From: Candidatus Collierbacteria bacterium GW2011_GWB2_45_17
Lineage (GTDB): Bacteria; Patescibacteriota; Microgenomatia; UBA1400; MFAQ01
NCBI GenBank assembly: GCA_001001485.1
Contig: LCKO01000004.1
Location: 4,761 to 68,760 of the forward strand
Reading direction: 5' to 3'
Length of the DNA stretch: 64,000 bases
Shown here one piece after another: positions 1 to 9,181 of this stretch. How positions within the stretch are numbered: position 1 is the stretch's first letter; the number at the start of each line of letters is the position of its first letter. The position numbers were made by a program, and so were the translations under genes. Under the pieces are notes generated by a model that saw only the letters and a list, made by a program, of their open reading frames with translations, was not told the DNA's origin and searched no databases.

Positions 1-492
1 AAAATGGGAAAAAAGACTCAGGAGAAAGCAACCACTTTTAATAATGCCGTAGAGGTGGTGGAAAATAAGACCGAAAAATTAATTCGGAGATTGGTAGGCG
101 GACTGTTGGTTTTCCCCGGTGTAAGAGATAGGATTAAGACTTGGTTTAATAAGATTGATTTGCCCGGGGCTTCCGGAAAAGCTCTAAAGCTAGTGGTCGA
201 GCAAGAGGAAGCAGATCCCGGAAAAATAATAGAAAATGTTCAAGCGGAGCTGAAAGAAGTGCTTCAAGAGGCGTACATGATTGGGGGAGAAAGTGAAAAT
301 ACGACCGAGAAAGATGTGCTGGACCTGGCCATTCAGCTAATCCGTGAGGCTATCAGGGAGGAAAAAAAGAAATTGATGGCAGAGATGGAGATGGCTCGTA
401 AGGAGGGTCTGGAAACAGAGGAGGATAGTCTGTTTGCTAAGCTTAACGATCTAAACATAGAAGAGAACAAGATAGTGTCCCTTTTGGGGTAA
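1..492 (+). CDS. dnaG: Probable DNA primase C-terminal (helicase-binding) region, 5'-truncated by the window
   Basis: Frame is open from base 1; helical charged sequence directly upstream of rpoD (conserved dnaG-rpoD order). No catalytic motif lies in the window. Confidence 0.6.
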   Translation, partial: KMGKKTQEKATTFNNAVEVVENKTEKLIRRLVGGLLVFPGVRDRIKTWFNKIDLPGASGKALKLVVEQEEADPGKIIENVQAELKEVLQEAYMIGGESENTTEKDVLDLAIQLIREAIREEKKKLMAEMEMARKEGLETEEDSLFAKLNDLNIEENKIVSLLG

Positions 493-514
493 TTTTGAGG
501 CTTGTTGTGTTAAA

Positions 515-1633
515 ATGGGAGAGAATATTATGGCCGATAAAAAGGAAAATCTCCCCATTCAGTTAAAGATTGCCGAAATACTAGCCCTGGGAAAGGATCA
601 GGGGTTTGTAACCCAAGATGATATCCTGGAGTACTTCCCTCGGGCCGAAACCGAGGCAAATGATCTGGATTATCTTTACGAACTGCTTTTTAAAGCCGAT
701 ATTGATGTGTTTGAAAGTGTTTTGTCTGGACAAGATGCGGAAATTGCCGCGGCGGCCAGTGAGCTAGAAAAAGAGCTGGAGTCGCTCTCAAAACTGGAAG
801 ACACCGAGGTAAATGATCCGGTGAGAATGTACCTAAAGGAAATTGGAAGAATTCCTCTTTTAAAACGAGAAGAAGAAATCTCTTTGGCTCAGAAGGTGGA
901 GCGGGGAGACAAAAGGGCAAAAGACATGCTGACAAAATCCAATTTGAGGTTAGTAGTCTCGATTGCCAAAAAATACATGGGTCGGGGGATGAGTTTTTTG
1001 GATTTGATTCAGGAGGGTAACAAAGGTTTGATTCGGGCGGTGGAAAAGTATGATTGGACAAAGGGGTATAAATTTTCAACTTACGCTACCTGGTGGATTC
1101 GTCAGGCCATTACCCGGGCGATTGCTGACCAAGCCAGAACAATTCGGATTCCGGTCCACATGGTGGAGACGATCAACAAACTTATTAGAACACAAAGAAA
1201 ATTGATGCAAGACCTTGGTCGCGAGCCGACCGATGATGAAGTGGCCTCGGAGCTGGAAACGACTCCGGAGAAAGTTCGAGAGATCTTGAAGATAGCCCAA
1301 AAAACGACCTCGCTGGAAACTCCAATAGGAGACGATGAAGATTCACTTCTGGGTGACTTTATTCCTGATGAGAGACAGGCGACACCGTACGAGGCCACGT
1401 CCAGACAGCTAATGCATGAGAATTTGGAAGAGGCGCTGGGGTCACTGACGGAGCGAGAAAGTAAGGTGCTGAGAATGAGATTTGGACTGGCTGGAGATAA
1501 ACCACTAACCTTGGAAGAGGTGGGCAAGGTGTTCGGTGTCACTCGCGAAAGAATCAGACAGATAGAGAGCAAGGCCCTGCGGAAACTTCGTCACCCAAGC
1601 AGAAGAAGAAAACTACAGGATTATTTGGAGTAA
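515..1633 (+). CDS. rpoD: RNA polymerase primary sigma factor
   Basis: [70 protein letters not shown]. Confidence 0.98.
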   Translation: MGENIMADKKENLPIQLKIAEILALGKDQGFVTQDDILEYFPRAETEANDLDYLYELLFKADIDVFESVLSGQDAEIAAAASELEKELESLSKLEDTEVNDPVRMYLKEIGRIPLLKREEEISLAQKVERGDKRAKDMLTKSNLRLVVSIAKKYMGRGMSFLDLIQEGNKGLIRAVEKYDWTKGYKFSTYATWWIRQAITRAIADQARTIRIPVHMVETINKLIRTQRKLMQDLGREPTDDEVASELETTPEKVREILKIAQKTTSLETPIGDDEDSLLGDFIPDERQATPYEATSRQLMHENLEEALGSLTERESKVLRMRFGLAGDKPLTLEEVGKVFGVTRERIRQIESKALRKLRHPSRRRKLQDYLE

Positions 1634-1670
1634 AAACTCAAAAAATCAAAAACTCTAAACTAGAAGCCTA

Positions 1671-2270
1671 TTAAATCTTTAGCTTCGGTTTTCCAGGAAC
1701 GACATGATGGTTCGGGCAACGAGCCTGATACTCTTGTTCCGCTCCAATTAGAACGATTGGATCATGGTAGTTGGCCGGTTGACCATTAATAAATCGTTGG
1801 GTTTTGGTGGCATCTTTGCCACAGGTTTTTCCATTCTCCCTGTATTTACAGATGGCCGAAGGACGATCTATTTCATCACACAAAGCGAGGAGCTGAGGCA
1901 TTGAGCCGAAAGGTTCACCACGAAAATCGAGAGATAAGCCGGCAAAGATTACTCGAATGTCTTGTCCGAGCAAAAACTCGACCACATTCACAATTTCTTG
2001 GTCAAAAAATTGAATTTCATCGATGGCGACAAGAGAGGTGTCTGTTTGAAGTAAAGGAATGATATCAACAGCGTTTTGAACCGCAGTGGCTGGATAGCTA
2101 CCCCCCGAGTGAGAACGAATTTCATCGATAGCGTTCCAGCGATCATCTTGAGCTGGCTTGAAGGCTTGAATTTTATTACCCCCATATTTTGCACGAGAGA
2201 TTTCTTTGAGAAGGATGTCGGTTTTGCCGGCGAACATAGAGCCGGCGATGCCTTTGAGTCTTTCGGTCAT
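1671..2270 (-). CDS. tdk: Thymidine kinase
   Basis: GSMFAGKT P-loop, DEIQF, GLSLDFRGEPF, C-terminal Zn-binding Cys; start taken at MTERLK (2270). Confidence 0.95.
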   Translation of the reverse strand: MTERLKGIAGSMFAGKTDILLKEISRAKYGGNKIQAFKPAQDDRWNAIDEIRSHSGGSYPATAVQNAVDIIPLLQTDTSLVAIDEIQFFDQEIVNVVEFLLGQDIRVIFAGLSLDFRGEPFGSMPQLLALCDEIDRPSAICKYRENGKTCGKDATKTQRFINGQPANYHDPIVLIGAEQEYQARCPNHHVVPGKPKLKI

Positions 2271-2335
2271 ACAAAAATGATTATGACGGAACAACAAAAT
2301 TTGACAAGGGGAAACGGAGAGGAATATGATGAAGT

Positions 2336-2662
2336 ATGTTAGCCAATTTGATAATCAACGCTCTAGGCTTTTATGTGACTGCCTATATTGTTCCCGGGGT
2401 AAAGATAGAGAACTTCCAATCTTTAGCGGTGGTGGCAATTATCTGGGGAGTTTTGTCCATTATATTGCGACCGATATTGATAATTCTCACCTTGCCGGTG
2501 AACATTATGACCCTCGGACTTTTTACTTTTGCGATCAACGCGTTTTTGATTATGCTAACCAGTAGTATTGTGCCCGGCTTTAAAGTAGACGGCTTTGGGA
2601 CCGCGTTACTGGCCGCAGTAGTGCTTTCTATACTGAATGTAGTTTTGGGTGGACTGAGATAA
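2336..2662 (+). CDS. YvlD-like 4-TM membrane protein (phage holin 4_2 family)
   Basis: RPIL..LTLP...TLGLF..INA and VPGFKVDGF motifs; TTGACA..TATGAT promoter just upstream. Confidence 0.8.
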   Translation: MLANLIINALGFYVTAYIVPGVKIENFQSLAVVAIIWGVLSIILRPILIILTLPVNIMTLGLFTFAINAFLIMLTSSIVPGFKVDGFGTALLAAVVLSILNVVLGGLR

Positions 2663-2667
2663 ACTTT

Positions 2668-3138
2668 TTACTCTACGGTGACAAGACCGAAATGACCGGC
2701 GTTGAGATGGTTGTGGTATTTGTAAGTTCCGGGTTTGGGGAAGGAAAAAGATTTGGATTCGTTGGTCTTAGCAAGACCCAGATTAAGGGCCGGATAGTCA
2801 GTATGAGCCGGGTGAGGACTACTGGCAACGTCCATTTTAGCCTCGCCTTGGTTGATCCAGATAACGGTATCGCCGGCTTTGATAATTAAATTTTGGGGTT
2901 TGAAACCATTGGCGTCGTATGTCACAGTAAAATTATCTGTTATCAAGGCAGGGGGAGTGACTATCGTAGTAGGAGTTGGAGAAATAAAGGGATAAGTATT
3001 AAGCTCGGGAGCGTAAACGCTTCCGTTTTTAAAAAAGACATAATAAACAGCTATATACGCAAGGCCGCCGATAAGAAGGTAGATAACAACCCATCGCCAC
3101 ATAGGGTGCTTACCATAACCTGTTTTTGAATCATCCAT
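2668..3138 (-). CDS. Membrane-anchored cupredoxin-domain protein
   Basis: N-terminal TM helix, GDTVIW.N, HPAH, GTYKYHNH; canonical type-1 Cu Cys absent. Confidence 0.75.
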   Translation of the reverse strand: MDDSKTGYGKHPMWRWVVIYLLIGGLAYIAVYYVFFKNGSVYAPELNTYPFISPTPTTIVTPPALITDNFTVTYDANGFKPQNLIIKAGDTVIWINQGEAKMDVASSPHPAHTDYPALNLGLAKTNESKSFSFPKPGTYKYHNHLNAGHFGLVTVE

Positions 3139-3222
3139 GATTCAGTTTATATAATTTTGAGTCTAATTGTCAAATTTCTTGCTTCGGATGGCTAGTTTTG
3201 GTAAAATGAGCACGTCCGTTAA

Positions 3223-3288
3223 TATTCCCCTGCCCGCCTCGCGGCGGATAAATAGCCCAGAAGGTAGACCTGCCTGCCGTGAGGCAGG
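3223..3288 (+). pseudogene. Degenerate copy of the tRNA-Asn 5' half interrupted by two GC hairpins
   Basis: TATTCCCCTG (3223-3232) equals 3535-3544; TAGCCCAGAAGGTAGA (3253-3268) resembles tRNA TAGCTCAACGGTAGA; hairpins CCGCC-TCGC-GGCGG and CCTGCCT-GCCGTG-AGGCAGG. Confidence 0.55.
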
Positions 3289-3301
3289 ACGCCTCCAATA
3301 T

Positions 3302-3547
3302 ATGACTTGGTATGCTTATGTGTTATTAAGTTTAAAGAATGGTAATCTCTACAAGGGGATTACGAATGATTTGGAGAGAAGGATTTCGGAGCACAATTTG
3401 GGGAAAAATCGATCAACCAAAATAAATGCACCTTGGAAAATTGTATATTTTGAAAAATTTATGACTCGAGATGAGGCAAGAAACAGGGAAAAGTTTCTCA
3501 AGTCAGGCAAGGGTCGTGAATTTTTAAAATTTATTATTCCCCTGTAG
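3302..3547 (+). CDS. Small GIY-YIG nuclease
   Basis: YAYVLLS..LYKGIT.DL.RR..EHN.G..ST, A..RE.FLK.G.GR; stop codon lies inside the tRNA-Asn gene. Confidence 0.9.
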   Translation: MTWYAYVLLSLKNGNLYKGITNDLERRISEHNLGKNRSTKINAPWKIVYFEKFMTRDEARNREKFLKSGKGREFLKFIIPL

Positions 3548-3609
3548 CTCAACGGTAGAGCAACATCCTGTTAAGATGAAGGTTCGTGGTTCGAATCCAC
3601 GCGGGGGAG
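3538..3609 (+). tRNA. tRNA-Asn(GTT)
   Basis: Acceptor TCCCCTG/CGGGGGA, D arm GCTC..GAGC, anticodon loop CTGTTAA, T arm CGTGG-TTCGAAT-CCACG; CCA not encoded. Confidence 0.95.
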
Positions 3610-3684
3610 CTAAAAGGCCTTAATCTGACCAAAAATGCAGTTATTATGGTAATTAAACAAATGTTAGTCATATTGGTAAACGGA

Positions 3685-4410
3685 ATGAAAAAGATGGTGG
3701 TGATTGTTCTAGTTGTACTACTTTTTCTTGCTTCACCAAATAATGTTAGCGCCAATGGTGGTGTTGTAGTAGAGCCTTCCCAGAATGAAATTGAAAAATT
3801 GAACAATAAAATTGATGCATTAATTTTGAGCAATAATGCTAATGGAATTTCGGGAAATATAATTGGTTTAGCTAATACTCAAATGCAATTTTTAACGTTT
3901 ATCCTTGCTGTGGTTGGTATAGGGATTCCTGTTTTTGCGTTCTTTTTTAGAAAAGAGATTCAAATAATAAAAGATAGAGCAATGTTGAGTGTAGTGAACA
4001 TGGAAAATGAGGTTAAAAAAATAAAGTTATCTGAGAAGGACATCGCCAAAAGAAAAAATGATATTGATAGACTTTATAGTGATTTTGAAAAGAGATTAAC
4101 GGATATTGACGAAAAAATGAAAAAACTGAAATCCACAGAGGGGGGGCCAAAAGAAAAGAATAGATTAGCAGAATTAGAGCAAGAGATAATGGGATTAAAG
4201 AGGAAGCTTTCTCAGGGCATTCAGCCTTATACTTTGAACGTTTCAAGTTATCCAGGCACCGCTAGTGGATATGTTGGACCTCTATCTACTACAACATCCA
4301 CATCAATGGGTAGTTTTGGTGCAATAAGTCCAAGTTCTGCTACAACAACTACGGTTGAGCCCTTTTATCCCAGCCCCTCTGCATCACCATCCCCTGAACC
4401 AGAAGATTAG
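3685..4410 (+). CDS. Hypothetical protein: signal peptide, TM helix, coiled coil, Ser/Thr/Pro-rich tail
   Basis: ORF composition; start taken at MKKMVV because the upstream extension overlaps the tRNA. Confidence 0.7.
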   Translation: MKKMVVIVLVVLLFLASPNNVSANGGVVVEPSQNEIEKLNNKIDALILSNNANGISGNIIGLANTQMQFLTFILAVVGIGIPVFAFFFRKEIQIIKDRAMLSVVNMENEVKKIKLSEKDIAKRKNDIDRLYSDFEKRLTDIDEKMKKLKSTEGGPKEKNRLAELEQEIMGLKRKLSQGIQPYTLNVSSYPGTASGYVGPLSTTTSTSMGSFGAISPSSATTTTVEPFYPSPSASPSPEPED

Positions 4411-4411
4411 T

Positions 4412-4555
4412 TCACCTTGAGGGAAAATGAACACAACTTAATTGTTTGATTTCCTTTAGTCTTTCTCTCACTTGTTTTACCCACACAGGATTTTGAAAAA
4501 CCTTGATAACTTGTGACAAACTTTCGGCCAGAGCAAAACTAGGGACTGGGAACCA
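4412..4555 (-). mobile_element. att-like junction 1: start-less coding tail ending at a tRNA-3'-end-like core (GGGAACCA)
   Basis: Translates WFPVPSFALAESLSQVIKVFQNPVWVKQVRERLKEIKQL...*, homologous to 6775-6912. Confidence 0.6.
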
Positions 4556-4610
4556 GATGATACCTAATATGTCTATGGTGTAATATTGTTTAGATGCGGA
4601 TAAATCGTAA

Positions 4611-4988
4611 ATGAATACTAACGAAAAAGAAAAAAGGTGCTTAAATGGTCAGAAGATAAGAAATTTTTTAAGAAAATATAGGTTTATTGCCATTGTATTA
4701 GGGTGGGCTCTTTCCATGGGGGCGGGGTATGTCTTTATTGAAGTATTCACGGTGAGCGATGTTGTGGGTACAACCTTTTCTTGGATTACATTTATATTGT
4801 ATTTTATATGGATATCAAACGGTATCGGCGGATTAAAGAAAATTCTTGGTCTGACCGTAAGCGTAACAAAATGGTTATTAGCGATCTCTATTGTTTTTTT
4901 GGTTATTAGTTTGGCTGTTGGATGGGTAAATACTATATCCCCAACCACTATTATTATTATTCTATTATTACTAATATTAGCCCGATAA
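4611..4988 (+). CDS. Hypothetical 4-TM membrane protein
   Basis: Hydrophobic 125-aa ORF. Confidence 0.65.
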   Translation: MNTNEKEKRCLNGQKIRNFLRKYRFIAIVLGWALSMGAGYVFIEVFTVSDVVGTTFSWITFILYFIWISNGIGGLKKILGLTVSVTKWLLAISIVFLVISLAVGWVNTISPTTIIIILLLLILAR

Positions 4989-5078
4989 CGACACTTCTTG
5001 TTGGTCGTTGTTAATTGGGGTTTGAGTAAAGAGATGGGGGTCAAACGACTTAGAATGCTTGAAATAGAAAACTGAAAG

Positions 5079-5462
5079 ATGATTACATTGACGGCCAGTG
5101 AGTTTATTGCGAAGAAGAACGATGATTTTAATATGAACCATGAAGTTGGGGTCAAGGATATTGGTCGTAAGGGGCGGTACTATTATCATCGAGAGGCCTG
5201 GACTTTTAGAATACAGAGTAATTTACCCAAAAAAGTCTTTGTGATTGAGAGACTGAGGAAGGAAAGCACAGAAGGCGAGTTAACGTACGGCAATTGGAAG
5301 AAGGGAGACATTGAATACCGTATTGGCTATTACATTGTTGGAAGAATAGGCAAGGCCAGTGGAAGGTGGGTTTGGGGTCAGTTTTGTCCCTTAATTCCTT
5401 CAAATGATTTAGTAGCCTTACTTGATCAAGCCAAGAAAGAAGGCGTCATTGTTGAGTCTTGA
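5079..5462 (+). CDS. Hypothetical protein
   Basis: 127-aa ORF with aromatic/basic motifs (EYRIGYY, WVWGQF); family not recognised. Confidence 0.7.
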   Translation: MITLTASEFIAKKNDDFNMNHEVGVKDIGRKGRYYYHREAWTFRIQSNLPKKVFVIERLRKESTEGELTYGNWKKGDIEYRIGYYIVGRIGKASGRWVWGQFCPLIPSNDLVALLDQAKKEGVIVES

Positions 5463-5712
5463 GTGTTTATATAAGAGGTGAACAAATGAAGACTCTTAAA
5501 CAGGTATCTTTACACAATCGCATTTATCGCCTGCTTTAGAGTTATTTAAAGGTTTTGTATCGCATCTTTATTGATCAGTTTTTATAGGTACTTTACTAAT
5601 CAATTAGGGGACTCTTGGCCACAGGAGATATCCTAGGTTTAGAAAGTGAAAAAGAAACACCGAGCCAATAATTACATTAACTAGAAGATTCGACTTTATA
5701 ATGTCAACCAAA

Positions 5713-6249
5713 TTACGTTTTTATTTTAAGAACTTTATGCAAAAAATCACCAGGACCGATAACTTTTAAATTACCTATTTTAATTTTTTTTAAATCTCCC
5801 ATATCTTTAGTTACCAAATAATTTGCCCCCAACATACCTGAACCATCAAACAACAAGTTGTCCGTACCCTTATTAGTTTGTACTGGTTTATCAACAAACA
5901 TTCTATTAATATAGCCTTTATCTGTAACCATTTTTATTAGTGGTCCAATATGTAAACTATCAATAATTCCTTCTTTGGCTTTGTGCTGTAACACACGATC
6001 GTATTCTTTTAATAAATCGGCGTTTATTATTAGATGAAACATATCAATTTTAAGCGCTTCAATTATTTGATATGGGGCACTATCAATAAATTTTCTTTTT
6101 GATGCTATCAAGGCAGACAACACAATACCAGTGTCTAAAACAACACGAGCTTTATTATCGTTTGGTGGTGTTGGTATGGCTTTTCTGGGAACAGTTAACG
6201 ATTTTCTTTTTAAGGCTGGCAATCTTTCTGTCGCAGGCAATCTAGGCAT
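5713..6249 (-). CDS. PIN-domain protein (putative toxin/RNase)
   Basis: VVLDTGIVLSAL, LLKEY..VL, DNLLFD, YLVTKD.GDL acidic PIN pattern. Confidence 0.8.
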   Translation of the reverse strand: MPRLPATERLPALKRKSLTVPRKAIPTPPNDNKARVVLDTGIVLSALIASKRKFIDSAPYQIIEALKIDMFHLIINADLLKEYDRVLQHKAKEGIIDSLHIGPLIKMVTDKGYINRMFVDKPVQTNKGTDNLLFDGSGMLGANYLVTKDMGDLKKIKIGNLKVIGPGDFLHKVLKIKT

Positions 6250-6279
6250 AAGTTTTTGTTCTAATTCGATATAAACAAG

Positions 6280-6732
6280 TTATTTTGTTTGAGTAAGCGC
6301 CGCCTCATTGTAAATAGTTACAATATTATTAATATCAATTGTCATGCTAGGGTTTTTCGTGAGTATTTCAATTACTATTTTCAAAACAGTCAGATAGATC
6401 AATATTTTGTTCGGAGAATCAGGAATCCACTTTTTAAACTTCGAAAATTGGGGAGTTTGTTTAAGCTTTGATAAATCATTCTTATTTTTATTTTTTTCTA
6501 AAGCATCAAATAAACTTTGTGCAGTTTGTAGTGGATCAGGTGAATTTTCCAGTATTTTAATTACACCGTCTATCGTACCCGTAAGATTTCCATTAGGCAC
6601 ATTTTCCATAGATCCACAGTGAGGACATTGTGACTTGTTATTTGAAAAGAAAGCTGACGAACCCACACCCAATTCAATTCCCGACGAAAAAACTCTATGA
6701 CATCGTTCACATTGCATTAAAAGTAATGGCAT
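6280..6732 (-). CDS. Hypothetical protein with N-terminal Zn ribbon
   Basis: CERC...CPHC followed by a helical domain. Confidence 0.7.
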   Translation of the reverse strand: MPLLLMQCERCHRVFSSGIELGVGSSAFFSNNKSQCPHCGSMENVPNGNLTGTIDGVIKILENSPDPLQTAQSLFDALEKNKNKNDLSKLKQTPQFSKFKKWIPDSPNKILIYLTVLKIVIEILTKNPSMTIDINNIVTIYNEAALTQTK

Positions 6733-6774
6733 ATGGTGTATTTTACTATGAACAAATTTTTTATTGATTAAAAC

Positions 6775-6912
6775 CTAAACTGTATCCGCTCGTGTTAATA
6801 TTTTGATTTGGTTCAATCTTTGTCGTGCTTGTTCTGACCATATTGGATTCTGGAAAGCCTTGATACAACGTTCAATCGCTTCGGTCAGAGCAAAACTAGG
6901 GACAGGGAGCTT
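6775..6912 (-). mobile_element. att-like junction 2: start-less coding tail ending at GGGAGCT, the same 7 bases that end the tRNA-Asn gene
   Basis: Translates KLPVPSFALTEAIERCIKAFQNPIWSEQARQRLNQIKIL...*; shares CAGAGCAAAACTAGGGAC with junction 1. Confidence 0.6.
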
Positions 6913-6923
6913 TGGTTTGGGAG

Positions 6924-7454
6924 TCAGATGCAATTTACTTCTCTCAGTATTTCTTTGCTTATTTCGTCAAGAGGTCTATTTGCATTGACGAAAATTGCAT
7001 TTCTTTTTTTCATTTCACCTTCCCACCAATCTTTCCATCCTAATACAACATCTCTACTTTCTTGGGTATTACCAATATCACTTGTTCCCTCTCGGTTTTT
7101 AAGTCTTTCGTTTAGGGTTTGAGAGTTAAGAAGTAGGACAAATTTCTTGTCAAAAAAAGGGAGAATATCGTTCATGTTTGATGCGATTCCACTATAGAAA
7201 GCTAAATTTGATTTTTGAGATTTTAACAGTAGTTCAAGTTTTTCGGTGTTACAAATCCATTCTGCGTTTTTAACATGTTCAGGGTTGGCATTGTCGTAAT
7301 TTTCAAAAATATTTTTGGATTCTTTGTGGTACATTTCAAACATTCCTTTGATGTTTTCAATGTCGCTGGACTCATACCCCATTTTTTTAAGATGTTTGCC
7401 CACAGATGTTTTACCTGTTCCAGATACTCCTGTTATTAAGATCCTTTCTTTCAT
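6924..7454 (-). CDS. P-loop nucleoside/shikimate-kinase-like protein
   Basis: ILITGVSGTGKT, L..RL..R lid, VNANRPL; start at MKERIL. Confidence 0.8.
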   Translation of the reverse strand: MKERILITGVSGTGKTSVGKHLKKMGYESSDIENIKGMFEMYHKESKNIFENYDNANPEHVKNAEWICNTEKLELLLKSQKSNLAFYSGIASNMNDILPFFDKKFVLLLNSQTLNERLKNREGTSDIGNTQESRDVVLGWKDWWEGEMKKRNAIFVNANRPLDEISKEILREVNCI

Positions 7455-7527
7455 TCGAATAATTATATCAAGGTTCGAAAATCGACGAACTTGACAAAGG
7501 TAGATTTTAAATATAAAAATTGAGTTA

Positions 7528-8061
7528 ATGAAAAACCAACAAGGATTTGGAATTATTATTCTACTTCTCATAGTTACCGGAATTATGGTGTTCGGTACCT
7601 TAGCTGCGGGAGCTGCGGTGCTTCTAGGAAAAGCACCTGAATGTCCCACCCAAGGATCTTCCTCGGCCAGAAGTGAAAAAGAAATAGGAGACACGTTAGA
7701 ACAAGGATCGGTAAATATTACTGACGGCGAAGCGACAACGCTGGCACAAGGGTATATTGGGGGAAAAGTTGACGAGGCACGGGTCTGTTTTACCGAGGGA
7801 CTGGGTCATGTTTCGGGTAAAATGAATCTTGGTTCAGTCAGTCCATCATTTTATGTTTCAGCAGGAGTTGATCTGTCCGGATCGGTTCCTAAAGCTACTA
7901 ATTTAAGTATTCAACTAGGTTCGCTTCCTAACATTTCTTTTATTTCCGGTTTGGCAATGGATAAAATAAATTCATTAATTTCTGAAAATTTGTCTAAGTT
8001 TGAATTAAAGCAAAAATATACGGCTTCTTTTTCAAATGGATCACTTACCATAAGTAAATAG
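7528..8061 (+). CDS. Hypothetical exported protein with a pilin-like N-terminus
   Basis: MKNQQGF followed by a hydrophobic helix; TTGACA promoter at 7491. Confidence 0.65.
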   Translation: MKNQQGFGIIILLLIVTGIMVFGTLAAGAAVLLGKAPECPTQGSSSARSEKEIGDTLEQGSVNITDGEATTLAQGYIGGKVDEARVCFTEGLGHVSGKMNLGSVSPSFYVSAGVDLSGSVPKATNLSIQLGSLPNISFISGLAMDKINSLISENLSKFELKQKYTASFSNGSLTISK

Positions 8062-8099
8062 TTACTCAATACGCCACATGTAAATGATACTATTAGACA

Positions 8100-8849
8100 A
8101 TGACGGATTCAAAAGTAAAAACAGTAGATAAAAAAATTGATGTTTACGAAAGACAAGCTGTTCTTTATGATGAAATATATGCGTCTCAAGGCAAAGACTA
8201 TCAGGAAGAGGCTCGTCAAATACACAATGTTATAGATAGCCACAAACGTTCAGATGGATCGCAGCTTTTGGATGTTGGTTGTGGAACGGGTGGTCATTTT
8301 CCCTTCTTGTCTAAATGGTATAAAGTAGAAGGTTTGGATTTAGATGGGCATATGTTGGCGGTTGCCAAAAGACGATTTCCAGATATTTCTTTCCATCAGG
8401 GAGATATGGCCAATTTCAATTTAGAAAATCAATTTGATGCTGTAACTTGTTTGTTTAGCGCTATCGGCTATACAAAAAAAGCTGAAAGTATGCAGAAGTC
8501 TATCGTTAATATGGCCAAACATGTAAACCCAGGAGGAGTATTGGTAGTAGAGCCTTGGTTTTCTCCAGATCAGTGGACTGTGGGTAGACCATCTGCGGTT
8601 TTTGTTGATAAACCAGACCTAAAAATTGCCAGAGTAAATATTAGCGAACAAAGAGATAATGTTTCTGTAATTAATTTTCATATTTTAGTTGCCACTCCAG
8701 GAAAAGTTGAAGAATTTACTGAACTCCACGAGTTAGGATTGTTTACCAAAGAACAATATCTTCGAGGTTTTGAAATGGCCGGGTTAAAAGTAGAACACGA
8801 CCCAAAAGGCATTACTGGTAGAGGATTGTATATTGGTTTGAAAAGTTAA
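8100..8849 (+). CDS. Class I SAM methyltransferase, TylM1/DesVI-like
   Basis: YDEIY...KDY..EA, LLDVGCGTG.H, FDAVTCLFSAIGY, PGGVLVVEPW. Confidence 0.85.
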   Translation: MTDSKVKTVDKKIDVYERQAVLYDEIYASQGKDYQEEARQIHNVIDSHKRSDGSQLLDVGCGTGGHFPFLSKWYKVEGLDLDGHMLAVAKRRFPDISFHQGDMANFNLENQFDAVTCLFSAIGYTKKAESMQKSIVNMAKHVNPGGVLVVEPWFSPDQWTVGRPSAVFVDKPDLKIARVNISEQRDNVSVINFHILVATPGKVEEFTELHELGLFTKEQYLRGFEMAGLKVEHDPKGITGRGLYIGLKS

Positions 8850-9054
8850 CAATACTTTTATTGTTTGCTAATACACTAAGGGTAATTTGAGATCAGTATT
8901 TAGCTATTTGAAGCTAAGCTGTGCCACTCCAGGCACGAAAGTGCCACACGAGCCATCACAACCGTAATACTGCTATTGCTCTTGAGAACCCCGCTGGAAT
9001 TGTTTAATCTATAAGTAGATAGTCATTACAAACGGTGACTTACTATGATATGAA

Positions 9055-9083
9055 ACAAACCACCTTCGAGGTGGGATAGGGGT
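9055..9083. repeat. Palindromic inter-gene repeat, copy 1 (ACAAACCACCTTCGAGGTGGGATAGGGGT)
   Basis: 28/29 identical to 10030-10058; CCACCT-NNN-AGGTGG hairpin. Confidence 0.85.
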
Positions 9084-9181
9084 GGGGTATTAGAGAAAAA
9101 AAGTTTGAAAATAGTTCGGTCTACTCACTACAGGTCGACCCAACCGGCGGGCAGGGTTTTTTGGGATGTTATGATTTATTT

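Noticed and set aside
690-1572. Antisense ORFs over rpoD and similar shadow ORFs across the window
   Set aside because: They fully overlap well-supported genes on the opposite strand and have no recognisable motifs.
2336-2662. Holin as prophage evidence
   Set aside because: YvlD-like proteins are commonly chromosomal, and no phage genes are in the window.
5463-5712. A third att-like tail between cassette genes
   Set aside because: No GCAAAACTAGGGAC block or PVPSFAL-like frame was found by eye.
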